Part shown: positions 31,991 to 46,653 of the stretch, piece after piece
Layout: the number at the start of each line of letters is the position of its first letter
Position numbering within the stretch: position 1 is the stretch's first letter
From: the human T2T-CHM13v2.0 reference genome, Homo sapiens
Assembly: GCF_009914755.1 (NCBI RefSeq)
Contig: NC_060931.1
Reading direction: 5' to 3' (one strand)
DNA length: 64,000 nucleotides
Made by a program: the position numbers and the translations under genes
Notes under the pieces: model-generated
The model's input: the letters and a program-made list of their open reading frames with translations, nothing else
Told to the model about the DNA's origin: nothing
Databases searched by the model: none

Positions 31991-33612
31991 TATGTATTCA
32001 TTAAATTAAAATGCATTGCCATGGTTAAACACTTACATTCTGATAAGACTCTGCTAGATCCCAAAGATCAGGTAGCATTTTGCAGAATGGCAAACTGTTT
32101 CCTTTCAAAATCAACTTATTTTTAAAATTAAGTTTGTTATGTGGTTTGCCTTCGTGTTTTTATTTCGTTTTTTTAAAAGGCTTTGATAACACAAAGTGGC
32201 TTTATTTTTCCCTCTTTCCTTCTAAACTAAAGGAGTATGAATTTTCTTAGAAGTTGTAAGCTTTAGGCTTCAGGATGCAGGGAGTATTGGAAGTGAAGAA
32301 TGAGGCTGGCAGCTGCTAGTGATGGTGTGAACTCAAGTCTTTCTGTTTGTTGTACAAGAAGCGTTGAGAGGACAAATCCAGAGAGATGTTTGCATCCCGA
32401 GATTCTTGAGTTAGTCTTTTAATCTTGACCAACACAGATCAGACTTCTACTTTCTGCTGCCTAGACTCTCGAAATAATCATCTCAAGCCTTTACTGCCCC
32501 ATACATATTCTCGCATACAAAGATTTTGAGATTAATTAACTTTACTGTTATTTCAAGGTATCCCCTGTAATGAAATTCACTTGGCTTTCAAAGCCCCTGC
32601 TTAGTCAGAACATTCCAGAGATGCCACTGTCCAGGGCCCTCAGGAAGTTGCCAATCTTTTCGATTCAAGTTTCAGAATCTTTCTATCATTCGTCTTTTAC
32701 AACTCATTTAAAATTGCCCTGAAACTGCCTTTGGTTACTAACTGGTTATATAGACTAGAATATTGGTGGCACTTAAAAGTAAGAACATTTGTTTTTGTTT
32801 TAGGAGATTGATTTTAAAAAATATCAATTAGGATTATTTTGGCAAGTAAATTGTTTAAAAATATTCTCTTTTTCATAAGAAGAATATTGGGAAGCCTAGT
32901 GAATCACACTTTTTTGTTATCAAAATAGAAACATTTGGTATGATCCAATATTAAACTTCACAGAAAAGGCTATTAATCACTTCTGAAATTATTTCTTCCA
33001 AAAGTATTACTCTCGAGTTCTTGACTTTCCTGTTGTGTTTCCTTTCCCTTTAGGATGGGTTTGCTCTGAAATTAGTGAAGGTGGTACATGTCTGTCTTTA
33101 AGCAGCAGCCTAATCTATATGACCATATGTGCAAAAGCAGTATAATTATAATGTAGTATTAATTAGACAATATGACTGTTTTTGTTTTAATTATTTCAGA
33201 TCATCTTATCTTTCCATTCCTTAAAGCATGTTAATGGATGAATTTATGGGTACCATGTTCATGTTGTTTCTATGGAATTAAATATGTGCATATTGATATA
33301 AACCCTTGGTAAACAGTTCTTTTTTTAATCTCTATAATATTATGAATAGATTTCCTCTCCTTTCAAACATCATTTTAGTCCTGAAGACTAAATCAATTAT
33401 AAAAAAATTGATTATTTACATTTTGCTTAAAGAACGCTAATTGGAGTACAGATCTCTCTGGCTGAGGGAGAATCACTCTCGGGTTGATATAATAGGTTGT
33501 TAGAAATTCCTAGATTTACTTCTAAATGAATTAGGAATTTACATACTAAAATCTCACATTCTGTTGAAATAATTTGGTAGAAAATTTGGTGATGGTTACC
33601 CATTTTCCCTAA

Positions 33613-33951
<339 letters not shown>

Positions 33952-36900
33952 TGAAGGATTTTTTCTTTTTTTTAATGATAGCATAAAATATAATGCTTTG
34001 TGGAGTTTTATAAAATTCAGACTGCTTGTTAGAGTCTTTAATAATAAACATAAATCAGATCTTGGTAATATATATTTCCAAAGGAAAAGTCAGTAAAATT
34101 TTGAACATAAAATATATGCTCCTTGAGTGAAAATCTATTTTTTGAAACTTTTATTATGAAAATGTCAAATATACTCAAAAGGAAAAAAATAATATAATGA
34201 ACTTCAATTACTCATCAACCAGCTTCAACAATTACTAATATTTTGCCAAACTTGGAGAAACCTAAATTTGAATGTCTGGACCTTTTCAGAGGGTTGCAGG
34301 AGATACACAATAATGTACATTGCCCTGAGGCTTTAATAACTAGAAATCTAGATGTAGTGTTAACCTTCCCAGAATTGACTGTTGTTTCAAGTATTTTCAA
34401 TATCAGTGCAAAAATAGACACTTATTACTATTTAAAAGTTGAGGTTCTGGAATGAGCATTATAAGTCATTCCTTCCTTAGAAGTCTTGAGATTGTCTTCT
34501 TCCAGCATAGAAGCTTTCCTCCAAACACCATGTTTGAGCATCCAAAGGGAAGCACAACCATTGCATGCTCCTTGCTAGCTCCCCTTCTCTTGATCAAGGT
34601 TGACGTTTCTGCATTGCCCAGGCTCTCTGTCACATTAGAGATTGTGTTGAGTTGATTCTGAGCACCACGGGATGCCTGATGGCAGCATAACGTGTTGACA
34701 TTGCATTGCCTCAATTATTTTTGAATACATATTCTGATTAGAAATTTGTTCTATTAAGAATGGAATGAAAATATTACCCTTGGGACATAAAGATGCCTGA
34801 GGTTGAGATGGGCTTTTGCTGAAATATGATTATCTTTTTCCTCTCCACCCCCCATTAAATAAAAGAAGGCAGGAAATGTTTATTTATTTCAAGGTTAGTA
34901 GACTGTTGAATACCTTTGGAATGAATCTACTTTGTTGGGTTTTATAAATTCTTTTATTCGAAAAATGAAATAAAACAAAAGTTAGTATGACTAGTTGAGT
35001 AGTGATATAGATTATAAAACTTTGTCATTTCCTACTTTGATAAAAATGATGAAATTCTGTGCACATTAGTTTGTGTGTATCATTTATTGCCAGATTTTAA
35101 CATTGGAATTACACTAGGTGGCTGGGTATAAAATCTTTTTATAATAGGGTAGAAAATAATGGGAGAGTAGTGGGTGGAGGAGAGAAGGTTTGCAGTTTCT
35201 CAAATTCAAGATTATTGGCTTTACTGTGAATATATTTTATAGTTGGTCAGTGTCAGGAAATGAAAAAGGATTTATAATGATTTTCTTATGGTGTGTTAAT
35301 ATACTGTAAGGTATATGTTGAAATACATTATTGAGCATTAATTGTATGAACATGCATTTGTCGTATATTTATAAAAAGCATTTTTATAAATTTTGTCTGT
35401 ATAACCAAGGATACAATAGGATTGTATGTTTGTGCTTACTAGGGATTCTTTTTAAATTTTATGCTGATGTTTTCATTGTAGTAGGTAAGTTTATCTTAAA
35501 AGATTCTTATGGATCTTTACTTTAAAACTGACATTTTAAAATATCAGATTCAAAACCAAATTGAAATATAATTTTTTAAAATTTAGATGATTTTTTTAGA
35601 AAATTAGAAAATGTACAAAGTATAAACAACTCAGAGATGACAAATGATAACATTTTTCTCGTTTGTTTTCCCAGTAGCTTTCTCCTGTTCCTTTCTCTCA
35701 TTCCTTGCTTCACTTGCATATCACATAGCCTCAAAAATAGAAATATACTATTTTGTAAGCATTTTTCAAATAATATGTCATGAACATTTTCTTATTTTAT
35801 TAAGATTGACAAAATCATTTGTAACAGCTTAGATTTTTTTCATTAATGGCCAAACCTAGTCTCTATTCAGTCTCTTATTAATGAGCATTTTAGCTCTTTC
35901 TAATTTTTCACTATTATGCTCAGTCCTGTACTGAACATCCTTGTAGAGATAGCTATTGATACAGCAATTGCAATGTTGAGTGTTTTAAAGCATTTGGTTC
36001 TTATGACCAGACTGCTGTGCAGAAGGATCGTGCCCATGCACCTCTCCTCAGAGGCATGGACTGAATTGTCCAGCTTGGAACACGCAGTTGGCATGCATCC
36101 TGTGCACAGAGTGTAGTGAGCAAGATTCATTCACCAACTGACAAGTTCCCCCAATTAATTGTGTGATTTTTTTTGTCTTTTAATTTAAGACATGCAATTA
36201 ACTGTGATTTACTGTGTTTGGGCATGTTTGTGTGTCTGAGATGAAGGAAACACACTGAAAACTGTAGAGAAATCAGACAGAATAGGATGGTTCCAGGCAG
36301 CAAAACAATTAAAAACACAAAGGTCTTAATTCAGTGTTTGATGTGTGAAGAGCTTTAAAAATGGTTTCTTTGTCTTACCTTTTTTCCTTATGTGAACAAA
36401 ACCGTAAATTTTTGACTAAAAGAGACAAATACAAAGTATGATTGTAGTTCTCATATTGTAAATGATACTACTTTTATTAGAAAAATATATGAGGGAAAAG
36501 ACTAAAATTTATTGAGTTTATTCTATATGCTACACACTTAGAAATTCTTGCTTCATTGTCTCTTCAAGCTAGGAATGTATACTAACCTGTATTTTTGAGA
36601 GAGATGAGATTCAGAGAGGGTTAGAATCTTGCCCAGGCTTGGACATACAGGTTGCTGGTTGCAAAGCTGGAATTCAGATGCTTGATTCATATCCTTCAAT
36701 CTCAGGTGGCCCAGGGCCTTTATATTTATACATATAGATATTTTCTCTTACAGGGCTGCCTAAGCTAGGAAATTATTGATCGTTTTTGTATGCTGTTTTC
36801 TATATATAACAAATATGACACCCATGCTTTATAAATAGATTACACTGGTACAAAAATATGCATCACATAATTTAAAGAACACTTTGTCATTTGACTAATT

Positions 36901-37329
36901 CAGTAGTAATGAGTGAGTTCAACCTTAGTAGACTTTACCTGCTGGATGAGGTAAACCAGATGATAGTGAATTTGGAGACCCTTCAGCTTTAAACAGTATA
37001 CAGCTCTGAATTCCAGGTAGTCAAAATGCTGTAACTATTTTTTTTTTCTGGTAAGCAAAGTCGTATTTAAACCCTTACCTGAGCCTTATTTTCTATATGC
37101 ATTTTGAATAAGTAAATTACACATGATTTAGAATCACTGTGGCTTTCCTAATGCAGAGGTTTGCTCTGCCTGGATATAATAAAATGATAAAATTATATGG
37201 AGGCATTCAGACTCATTTCCTAAAAGATGGTTCATCTTTACATAATTTACCAGAAAAGATTTCAAATCCCTTTTATAGCCCGTGTCCTCACCACCTTGTT
37301 GCTCCTTGTATACTGTGGTGCAGCCAAAT

Positions 37330-37700
37330 CCCAAACTTCTTTCCACTAGAGGCTTTCAGTTTGCCTTTCCTTTTGCTTGGGATGCTCGTCCTTCTGCCTC
37401 TCATGTGGCTGCCTGTTTCTTACCATAGAAGTTATAGTTCATGTCACCTCTTCAAAGGGGCCCCCTTTCTGAAAATAGAATCTTTCCCATTATTATCTTC
37501 TAGTCTAATTTCTTCAATAACACTTCCAGGGCTCTGACATTATTTTTTTCATTTGTTCATCTATTTAGTTTTTGCTTAAACTGCTTGATTGGAAGTTCCG
37601 TGAAGGCGGGAACTTGACCTGTTTTGCTCACTGTTGTTTGCACTATCTCTAGAACCATGCTTAGCACATAGATATTCAGTAAATATTGATTGAATGAATA
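37330..37700 (+). mobile_element. L2 3' end
   Basis: Ends gcttagcacatagatattcagtaaatattgattgaatgaata. Confidence 0.75.
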
Positions 37701-38929
37701 AAAAATATACATGACTAAGTGGAGTATTAGTCATGTCTATACCAAAAGACATCGAGATTAAAGTTGCCCCGAGAATGAGAGACAGCGAGAATTCTATAAT
37801 ATAAGCATTTAAGGACTTAGCTTATTTTATTGACTGTCCTGGTGGAGAAACAAAGTTTAAAAACTCTGTGGTTATAATAGAATAAAATCACATTGGTTTC
37901 TTTCCCATCAGAGGTCTAAAATTTTACCTTCCTAATGTTGATAGTTTCTCTTCCAGGCTGGTCCTTGTCTAAATTTGAGAGAGGAAATCATTGTAAATCA
38001 TGTTTTAGATTAATTTGAAAAACAGACCAGAAACGTGACTCTGTAGAGGACATGGTAAGTTCATGGCTTGTCATATGCTTCTCTGAATTCACATAAGAAT
38101 AGTAGTAAACAGAAAGAAATCACCTTCTTTCAGATGCAGAGTAGTGTGTCTGTTTGATAAACATAGCCTCTGGATAAAAGCTTGTTAGTCCCGAAGGTAC
38201 AGACCTTTACCTATGTTTTAAATCATTTATGCACAAAATTCACCATTGAAGTTATAGTCATAAATTTAAGGTTAGATATAACTTAGCTCATTTGTTGTGG
38301 CCTGCCGGATTCAATTTTACTGTATCTTTCTTTTAGAATATATTTTTAGTAGCAAAAACAACTTTATTACCCAATGAAGCATCAATCTACTTCTAAAAGA
38401 TCCTTTCAACATCTTAACACCTCAACAGTTTTAAGGCAAAGTTTAGGCAGTTGCTTTCATGTAGATCTGAAAGCAAAGAATGTATTTAGAATAATTGATA
38501 ATATATGAACCAAAGAAAGGGTTTTTTTTTTCTCTCTAATTTCTCTAGGGAATGTCATTAAAACTCTGAATGCAAGTATACATATTTTAAAATCTATTGA
38601 ACAGACTATTAAGATTACATGTTAGGTATAATTTTTATTTGACGTGAACTAGACAAAGTTATTTCCCTTTGACACATTACTTTAAAGATATAGTAACTCT
38701 TTTGAAAAGGAATGTTGATACTTAAAATTGTCTTTTCCCTATCTTGAAACATCAGTTACCTTAATCATTTACATCTTGTTTAATATCCTGCTCATCTCCT
38801 CAAAAGTTTTTATTTTCTATTCAAGGGGAATGATAATGACATCTAATTATATTGGATCTTTTTGTTTTATGTTATCACAACATAACATTGTCTCAAGCAT
38901 ATTAAAATTATAAATATTTGAGAGCATTT

Positions 38930-39200
38930 TTCCTTTTAGATAAACTTTATTTTTTAGAAGCGTCTTAGGTTCACAGCAAAATTAAACAGAAAATACAGAG
39001 AGTTCCTATATACCCGCTTCCCATATGCACAGCCTCCCCCACTATTAACATCTGGCACCAGGGTTATACATGTGTTAAATTGAAAAACCTATATTAACAC
39101 AGCAGTATCATCCAAATTCCAGAGTTTACATTAGGGTGACATTTGTCAATCACTATAGTGTCATTGATATAGTATCATTGAGAATAATTTCACTGCCCTA
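38930..39200 (-). mobile_element. L1M (L1MC-like) 3' end
   Basis: ttaggttcacagcaaaattaaacagaaaatacagagagttcc. Confidence 0.75.
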
Positions 39201-39211
39201 AACATCTTTTT

Positions 39212-39508
<297 letters not shown>

Positions 39509-40145
39509 AACATCTTTTTAAAAACTCATATAGTTTTTTTAAGCTGTAAATGGGAACAAGAAGGATGTATATGAACTGCAACTAATATGCATATACTATT
39601 CCATCTATGAGAAATCTCTCTGTTCAGTCACCATAAGCCAGATTGAAGCAATGTAGATAGGGTTTGATTGCTAAGAATGGCAGCTTCAAACTCTATGGAA
39701 ATGAGGAAATTTGAAAGAGAGTTCAGTTTCAGCCAAATCATGCATGTGAGGTAACGAGACATCTTTTAAATGCAGAACAAATTGCTACGCATAGGACTGA
39801 TCATCTTATTCTCCACTGTTGATGGAAACTTAGGCAGAGGGATTTCATTATGCAAAAACATCATGTGTTTCTTTTTTCCTGTACAATTTGAGGGCAGAAT
39901 TGTTGGCAGTAAATCAAATAAGTCATACTGGATGTAAGTTAAAATATAGCCATGTATCCTTAGAAAATATTTGCATATGTAGAAAGACTGGAACCTTAAG
40001 TAGCAGCCATGATGAACACAGTGGAAGAATTAATAGGTGTTGTTAACAGTAGTAACACTGAAATGAATCACAGTGGATTTATGTAATACATGTGCTATTG
40101 AAGGCAACAGTGATTACACTTGAACATTGTTAACATATAGCTAAG

Positions 40146-40517
40146 TGTCTTAGTCTGTTTCTTGTTACTTAGAATAACTAAATCTGGGTGATTTATAAAT
40201 AAAAAAATTATGTCTTATAGAGGCTAAGTCCAAGGTTGAGGGGCTCCTTTTGTGAGGGCCTTCTTGTTAGTGGGGACTCTCTGCAGAGTCCTGAGGCGGT
40301 GCAGGGCATCACATGGCAAGGGGGTTGAGCATGCTCATGTAAAGCCACTAATGCCATTTCTGTGATAACCCATTAATACATTAACCCATGAATGGATTGA
40401 TCCATTCCTGAAGGGAGAACCCTCAAGACCCAAGCACCTCTTAAAGGCCCCACCTTTCAGTACTGCCATATTTGGGATTAAGTTTCAACTTGAGTTTTGG
40501 TGGGGACAAACATTCAG
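40146..40517 (-). mobile_element. MaLR LTR (MSTC-like)
   Basis: tgtcttagtctgttt start, ggggactctctgcagagtcc, aaggccccacct, aagtttcaac. Confidence 0.85.
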
Positions 40518-41680
40518 TAAGTGTAAACGTTAGCTTAGAGTTTGGCAATTGCCTAATATCCCTGCTTTATAGATCCTGGCCCATCTCTTTCTCTACCTTC
40601 TAAAAAGCTCATGTTAAAATTCAGCCCAAACCAGACTCCACTACTATATGTCAATATGCTTGATTTATACTAAAATCTTAGATGACAGTAAATGAATTAT
40701 TGCAGTCTAAAGCACATGTTTTCTAAAATCTTTACTGGAAGCGAGAAAAACTGACCAGCTACTATGGGAAATGTAAGACATGCTGTAAATTCTGGTTAGA
40801 CATTTTTTTTTTAATTTGTGATTTTAAACCTTTGTTTCTCACTTTAATACCACCAGTTCAATATTAGTTTTCTTTCTTCCTTTTTTCCCTAGTTTCTTTT
40901 TTAAAAAACCTGCCATATGTTGGTTTATTTAGCTTTGAAATAGTACATATTTATGCATATTAGTATTTTAAAATGTCCTTTTCACCTTGAATAATTTCTT
41001 CTGTGGTAATAGATAAACTTAGGATATTAGGACTTTTTTCATTTTAATGAAAGAAGAAAGCACTGGAAAATTAAAAATAAAAACCAATTAAGAACTAATG
41101 GTCTGTGCTGCTTATTAATTTTCAATACATGTCTGAAAAACTTTTTTTTTATTTTTACCACATACCGGAAAGGAATCTTGGTGCAAATAATCAAGTTTAT
41201 AGGCCTAAAATAATATAACTTTTTGCAAAAATTCAAACTTTAAAAATGGAACATCTTTCTGTGAAATATCTGTCAAGATATTTGGCACTCTAGTTTTTAA
41301 TCAGAAAGGATACTGATATAAAAATGCAGATTGAAGTGTTCATTCCAGTTATGGAGTAGAGTTGTCAGCTGTGGAAATCTGTCCTGTGAAACAATGACCG
41401 GCTAATATTGGATGTAGAAACTGTGCTTAGATCCAGCCATAGAGTTGGGAGCAGTAGATGAAATGGGTCAGTGAGTTGGCTAAATTAAGTGCCCATATCA
41501 TGCGAATGGAATAACTGAGGCATAAGCAGAGGATGGAAAACGATGGAAGATTTCAAGATCAAATGTTTAGTATGGTTTCTGAATAGTTATCATTAAGGTC
41601 TCAACATGCTTAAAATAAATTGAGAGCATATTGTTATAAGAATCACTGATACCAGAATTACAAGAACAATGTAAAATAAA

Positions 41681-41822
41681 CTGGTTATAGTGGTGTGTGC
41701 CTGTGGTTCCAGCTACTTGGAAGGCTGAAGCAGTAGGACTGCTTGAGGCTGGGAGTCCAAGTCTAGCCTGAACAACATAGCAAGACCTCGTCTCTAAAAA
41801 AATAATGAAAATAAATAAATAA
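41681..41822 (+). mobile_element. Free Alu monomer (FLAM-like)
   Basis: Single arm ending gacctcgtctctaaaa + A-rich tail. Confidence 0.85.
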
Positions 41823-42705
41823 TGACATGTGAGCATTTTGCTCAAAGAATTGAAAGCGGGAGATGGTGTTACTTTTGAAATCATCCAGTTGTTGATAGAA
41901 TCATATCATTGGGAACATTTTGTTATAGTTTGTTATTCAGAATAAAGGCAGAAGATCTATGTGGGGAAATTAAATCACTCATATAAGAGAAAAGCAAATC
42001 CTTTTACATTGACATTTTCAGATTTTTTAAATTGAAATTTTCTCTAGATTTTGAAGGAACCTCAGAGATTATGTAATCCAGACCCCTCATCTGAAAAATA
42101 TATATACTTTGGGCCAGAGATGGAAAATAAGTTAACATTGTGCCTGTTACTTAGTGTTAAATTATTATTCCTAATATTATTGTTACCAGTGTCTTTAGAG
42201 CCCCAGTGTAATACCCTGTAGAGTATTAATAACTTAGTTGGCACATGCATGGCTAGTTCCCCAAACATGTGAGAAGGTAGGAGTGCTAACTGGATGTTCA
42301 GGTCGAAGTAAGCCATGCTGGTCTGATGACCTGTGTCACCTGATCACTGGGATCCTGTCAGGAAGATGAGACCCAGAATACTAGATGTCACTCTGTTCCC
42401 AACCCCACGAGTCTTGAGGAAACTTTAAGAAATGATACAAAGAATGCTTCTCACAGTAGACTAGTAGGAAACCTTGTTGGAATAAAAGTTTAAATAGAGC
42501 TTTGGTAATTTAAGGAATCACCCTCTTTAATTATATTCCTGGGTGAATTAAAGCATTGAGAAGCCTTATGGACAGGTGGAGGCTGAACTGGCTTTAATAA
42601 TGTTCCTGTTAGGGCTCCGCAGTGCTGGGCAGTAGCTCAAAAAATGCCCTGATGCCTGCCAATGGGAGTAAATTTTCTTTTCAGATTTCACCTTTTCCAT
42701 GGTAC

Positions 42706-43618
42706 TGTGCTGTTTTTTACTCATAACACTTTCAAATTAACTTTTTGGGTTATTTCCCCACACCAATAACCAATTCACCAACACCTCAGACAGACACCAA
42801 CTGAGTGTCTAAAGATTCTATTTATTTCTGACACTAACTACGCAGTAGCACAGACCCCTTAGGTTAAGGGCTTAGTCTGCAAGACTACCTCCGCTTTGAA
42901 TGCCAGTTGCAAGTCCTGGACTGCCTGCATTTCTGACTGACCTGCTACAAATTGGGCATTCCCACGCCCCCTTCCTTGGGTTCCATAGTTTGCTAGAATG
43001 GCTCACAGCACTCAGGAACACATTTGCTTATATTTTCTGGTTGACTATAAAGGATACAACTGGGGAACAGCCAGATGGAAGAGATGCATAGGGCAAGGTA
43101 GGGAGGAAGGGTGCTCAGAGCTTCCAGGCATTCTCCAGGGGCACCACCTTCCCAGCACTTCAGTGTGTCCACAACCCAGAAGCTCTCTGAACCCATCATT
43201 TAGGGGTTTTATAGAGGTTCATTACCTAGATGATTGATTAAATAATTGGCCAGTGGTGACTAACTCATCTTTAGCCCCTTGCCCCTCCCTGGAGGCACAT
43301 TGGTGGAGTTGCAGATTACAACCCTGTAATCATGCCTTGGTTCTTCTGGCAACCAATCCCCATCCTGAACCTATCTAGGGGCCTGTAGCCACCAGTCATT
43401 CTTCTTAGCATTCAGAAAATATACTCTTATCACTAAGATTCCAAGGGTCTTAGGAGCTCTGTGTCAGGAACTGAGGACTAAGACCAAATATTATAACAAA
43501 AGATGCTCTTATCACCCCTGTTACTCAGAAAATTATAAGGATTTTAGGAACTCTGTGCCAGGATGAAGACCTGGGATGAAGACCAAATAAATATTTCTTA
43601 CTAAATCACAATGTCACA
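42706..43618 (-). mobile_element. Solo LTR (MER21-like)
   Basis: Minus strand begins TGTGACATTGTGATTTAGTAAGAAATATTTATTTGGTCTTC. ~0.9 kb. Left boundary approximate. Confidence 0.8.
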
Positions 43619-43766
43619 CAAAGTTTGGAAATAGACAGTACACAGCTGTAGTGCAAGTGGTGGTGTAACAGAAGTACTAAAGTACATATATAAATATAAA
43701 TATATATAAAAGGTAAAATATGGGTAGGGTGCCGATTCTGCAGCCACATGCCTGAGTTTGAATCCT

Positions 43767-45445
43767 GGTGAATCTGACAATTACGTGTCTTGGAGTTGCT
43801 CTTCTCGAGGAGTATCTTTGTGGCATTCTCTGTATTTCCTGAATTTCAATGTTGGCCTGCCTTGCTAGGTTGGGGAAGTTCTCCTGGTTAATATCCTGCA
43901 GATTGTTTTCCAACTTGGTTCCATTCCCCCCGTCACTTTCAGGTATACCAATCAGATGTAGATTTGGTCTTTTCACATAGTCCCATATTTCTTGGGGGCT
44001 TTGTTCGTTTCTTTTTACTCTTTTTTCTCTAAACTTCTCTTCTTGCTTCATTTTATTCATTCAATCTTCAATCACTGATGCCCTTTCTTCCACTTGATCA
44101 AATAGGCTACTAAAGCTTTGTGCATGTGTCACGTAGTTCTAATGCCATGGTTTTCAGCTCCATCAGCTCATTTAAGGACTTCTCTACACTGGTTATTCTA
44201 GTTAGCCATTCGTCTAATCTTTTTTTCAAGGTTTTTAGCTTCTTTGTGATGGGTTTAAACATCCTCCTTTAGCTCGGAGAAGTTTGTTATTACCGAACGT
44301 CTGAAGCCTTCTTCTTTCAACTCATCAAAGTCATTCTCCGTCCAGCTTTGTTCCATTGCTGGCGATGAACTGCGTTCCTTTGGAGGAGAAGAGGTGCTCT
44401 GATTTTTAGAATTTTCAGCTTTTCTGCCCTGGTTTCTCCCCATCTGTGTGGTTTTATCTACCTTTGGTCTTTGATGATGGTGACGTACAGATGGGGTTTT
44501 GGTGTGGATGTCCTTTCTGTTTGTTAGTTTTCCTTCTAACAGTCAGGACCCTCAGCTGCAGGTCTGTTGGAGTTTGCTGGAGGTCCACTCCAGACCCTGT
44601 TTGCCAGGGTATCACCAGCGGAGGCTGCAGAACAGCAAATATTGCAGAACGGCAGATGTTACTCCCTGATCTTTCCTCTGGAAGCTTCATCTCAGAGGGG
44701 TACCTGGCTGTATGAGGTGTCAGTTGGACCCTACTGGGAGGTGTCTCCCAGTTAGGCTACTCGGGGGTCAGGGACCCACTTGAGGAGGCAGTCTGTCCGT
44801 TCTCAGATCTCCAGCTGCATGCTGGGAGAACCACTACTCTCTTCAAAGCTGTCAGACAGGGACGTTTAAGTCTGCAGAAGTTTCTGCTGGCTTTTGTTCA
44901 CCTATGTGCTGCCCCCAGAGGTGGAGTGTACAGAGGCAGGCAGGCTTCCTTGAGCTGCAGTGAGTTCCACCCAGTTTGAGCTTCCTGGCTGCTTTGTTTA
45001 CCTACTCAAGCCTCAGCAATGGCGACGCCCCTCCCTCAGCCTGGCTGCTGTCTTGCAGTTAGATCTCAGACTGCTGTGCCAGCAGTGAGCAAGGCTCTGT
45101 GGGCATGGGACCCTCTGAGCCAGGCGCAGGATGTAATCTCCTGGTGTGCCGTTTGCTAATTCCATTGGAACAGCACTGTATTAGGGTGGGAGTGTCTCGA
45201 TTTTCCATTTTCTCGATTTTCTGTCACGGCTTCTCTTTGCTAGGAAAGGGAATTCCCCGACCCCTTGCACTTCCTGGGTGAGGCGATGCCCCACCCTGCT
45301 CCGTGGGCTGCACCCAGTGTCTGACAAGCCCCAATGAGATGAACGTGGTACCTCAGTTGGAAATGCAGAAATCACCCATCTTCTGCATTGCTCATGCTGG
45401 GAGCTGCAGACTGGAGCTGTTCCTATTCGGCCATCTTGGAACCTC
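43767..45445 (-). mobile_element. L1PA5/6-like 5'UTR + partial ORF1, 3'-deleted
   Basis: Minus strand begins GGTTCCAAGATGGCCGAATAGG. ORF1 ATG at 44443 (MGRNQGRKAENSKNQ). ORF1 fragments QEIWDYVKRPNL...HVIVRFT, then an abrupt end. Confidence 0.95.
45019..45281 (+). pseudogene. L1 ORF0 remnant (frameshifted after codon 2)
   Basis: ATGGCG at 45019. Downstream GPSEPG...IRVGVSRFS matches the primate L1 ORF0 peptide. Confidence 0.75.
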
Positions 45446-46629
45446 TGGAACCTGTTTTAAATGGACTGATTTTTAAATCATTGTCTTGCATATTTCATGG
45501 TGATGGTTATTTGACTATTTTAAAGTATAATTACTGGGCAAGGGACGATTTTAAAAATAGTTCTTTACATATCAATGTTAACAACTTTTTGTTGTTTGTA
45601 GCTCAGATTTTAAAGTATCTCTATCACAGTGCTATTCAGTTTAGCTTTCCTGGCAAAAGAAGTGAGAATAATTTAATAAAAGGGAATCATTCTTGTAGTA
45701 AACAGTTTTTATGATAGATTTATATTATTCATGCCATGCTTTGAGAATAAAATTATACTTCATGTTAATTCCTTTAAGAGACAGAACATTTTGTTTGCTA
45801 AGCAGGAATCCATTGGTGTACTTTTATTCCTCATAAACAGCTTAGTGTTTCTGCCAAATGTTTTCATTCACAGAGACCTGTGAGATAAGAAATTTTGTGG
45901 ATCACAAGAAAATTTAGTCCTGAAGAAATGCATAATTACACCTTAGTGTATACTTTAAAGAAGAGTAAGCTATCATCTAGAGTGAACACTACTACTGCTG
46001 TCCAATTTCAATGTTTGTTGTCTCTTAAGGGTAGTTCTTGCTGCAAATATTACTTTTTATATTAGCATGAAACACAGAAATCTACATGTAAAATGGCATA
46101 TTGATTTCTTGAAGTCTTTAGAGATTTTATGCTCTGTTCAACAGTAAAATTAGTTTATAAGAAAACAGTGTACAGACCATTATATTAATAGCTTGTTTTT
46201 TAGGACATTTTGGTAGTGTTTTTTTTTTCTTAATTAGATTGTTACCAAAGTTCATTTGACCAGTCTTTAAATCTCAAGAGTAAACATATATAAGTGGAAA
46301 TATGCATAAATGAAGGAGTATTCTTGTAATTGTCAGTAAAAAAAAATGCATAGATTGCCAAAATGTATGATTTGAAATAATGGTAGATTGTGGATTCCTT
46401 AGCAGATTGATAAATCAAGTGCTTTGTCACATGTATCCTTCATTACAGTAAAAATATCAGTTCCCTACATTTTGTCAGCCTTGGCTATAGATAGCAAAGG
46501 GAGTCACTTCTTAAATTTTGAAAGATGCCTGTGTATTTGACCTTCTATGTGAATGACATGTCTGTGGTCTGCCTTGGATATGGGTGATATGGGCATCTGT
46601 ACTGTGCAGTGTTATAGCACAGGCTAAGC

Positions 46630-46653
46630 TTTTTTTTTTTTTTTTTTTTTTTT
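46630..46653. repeat. T24 mononucleotide run
   Basis: Direct count. Confidence 0.95.

Noticed and set aside
37139-37537. 132-aa ORF
   Set aside because: Overlaps an L2 remnant, non-ATG start, no recognisable domain.
37709-37736. ACATGACTAA...TTAGTCATGT stem-loop as miRNA/terminator
   Set aside because: A 10-bp AT-rich stem is too short for a pre-miRNA and is plausible by chance.
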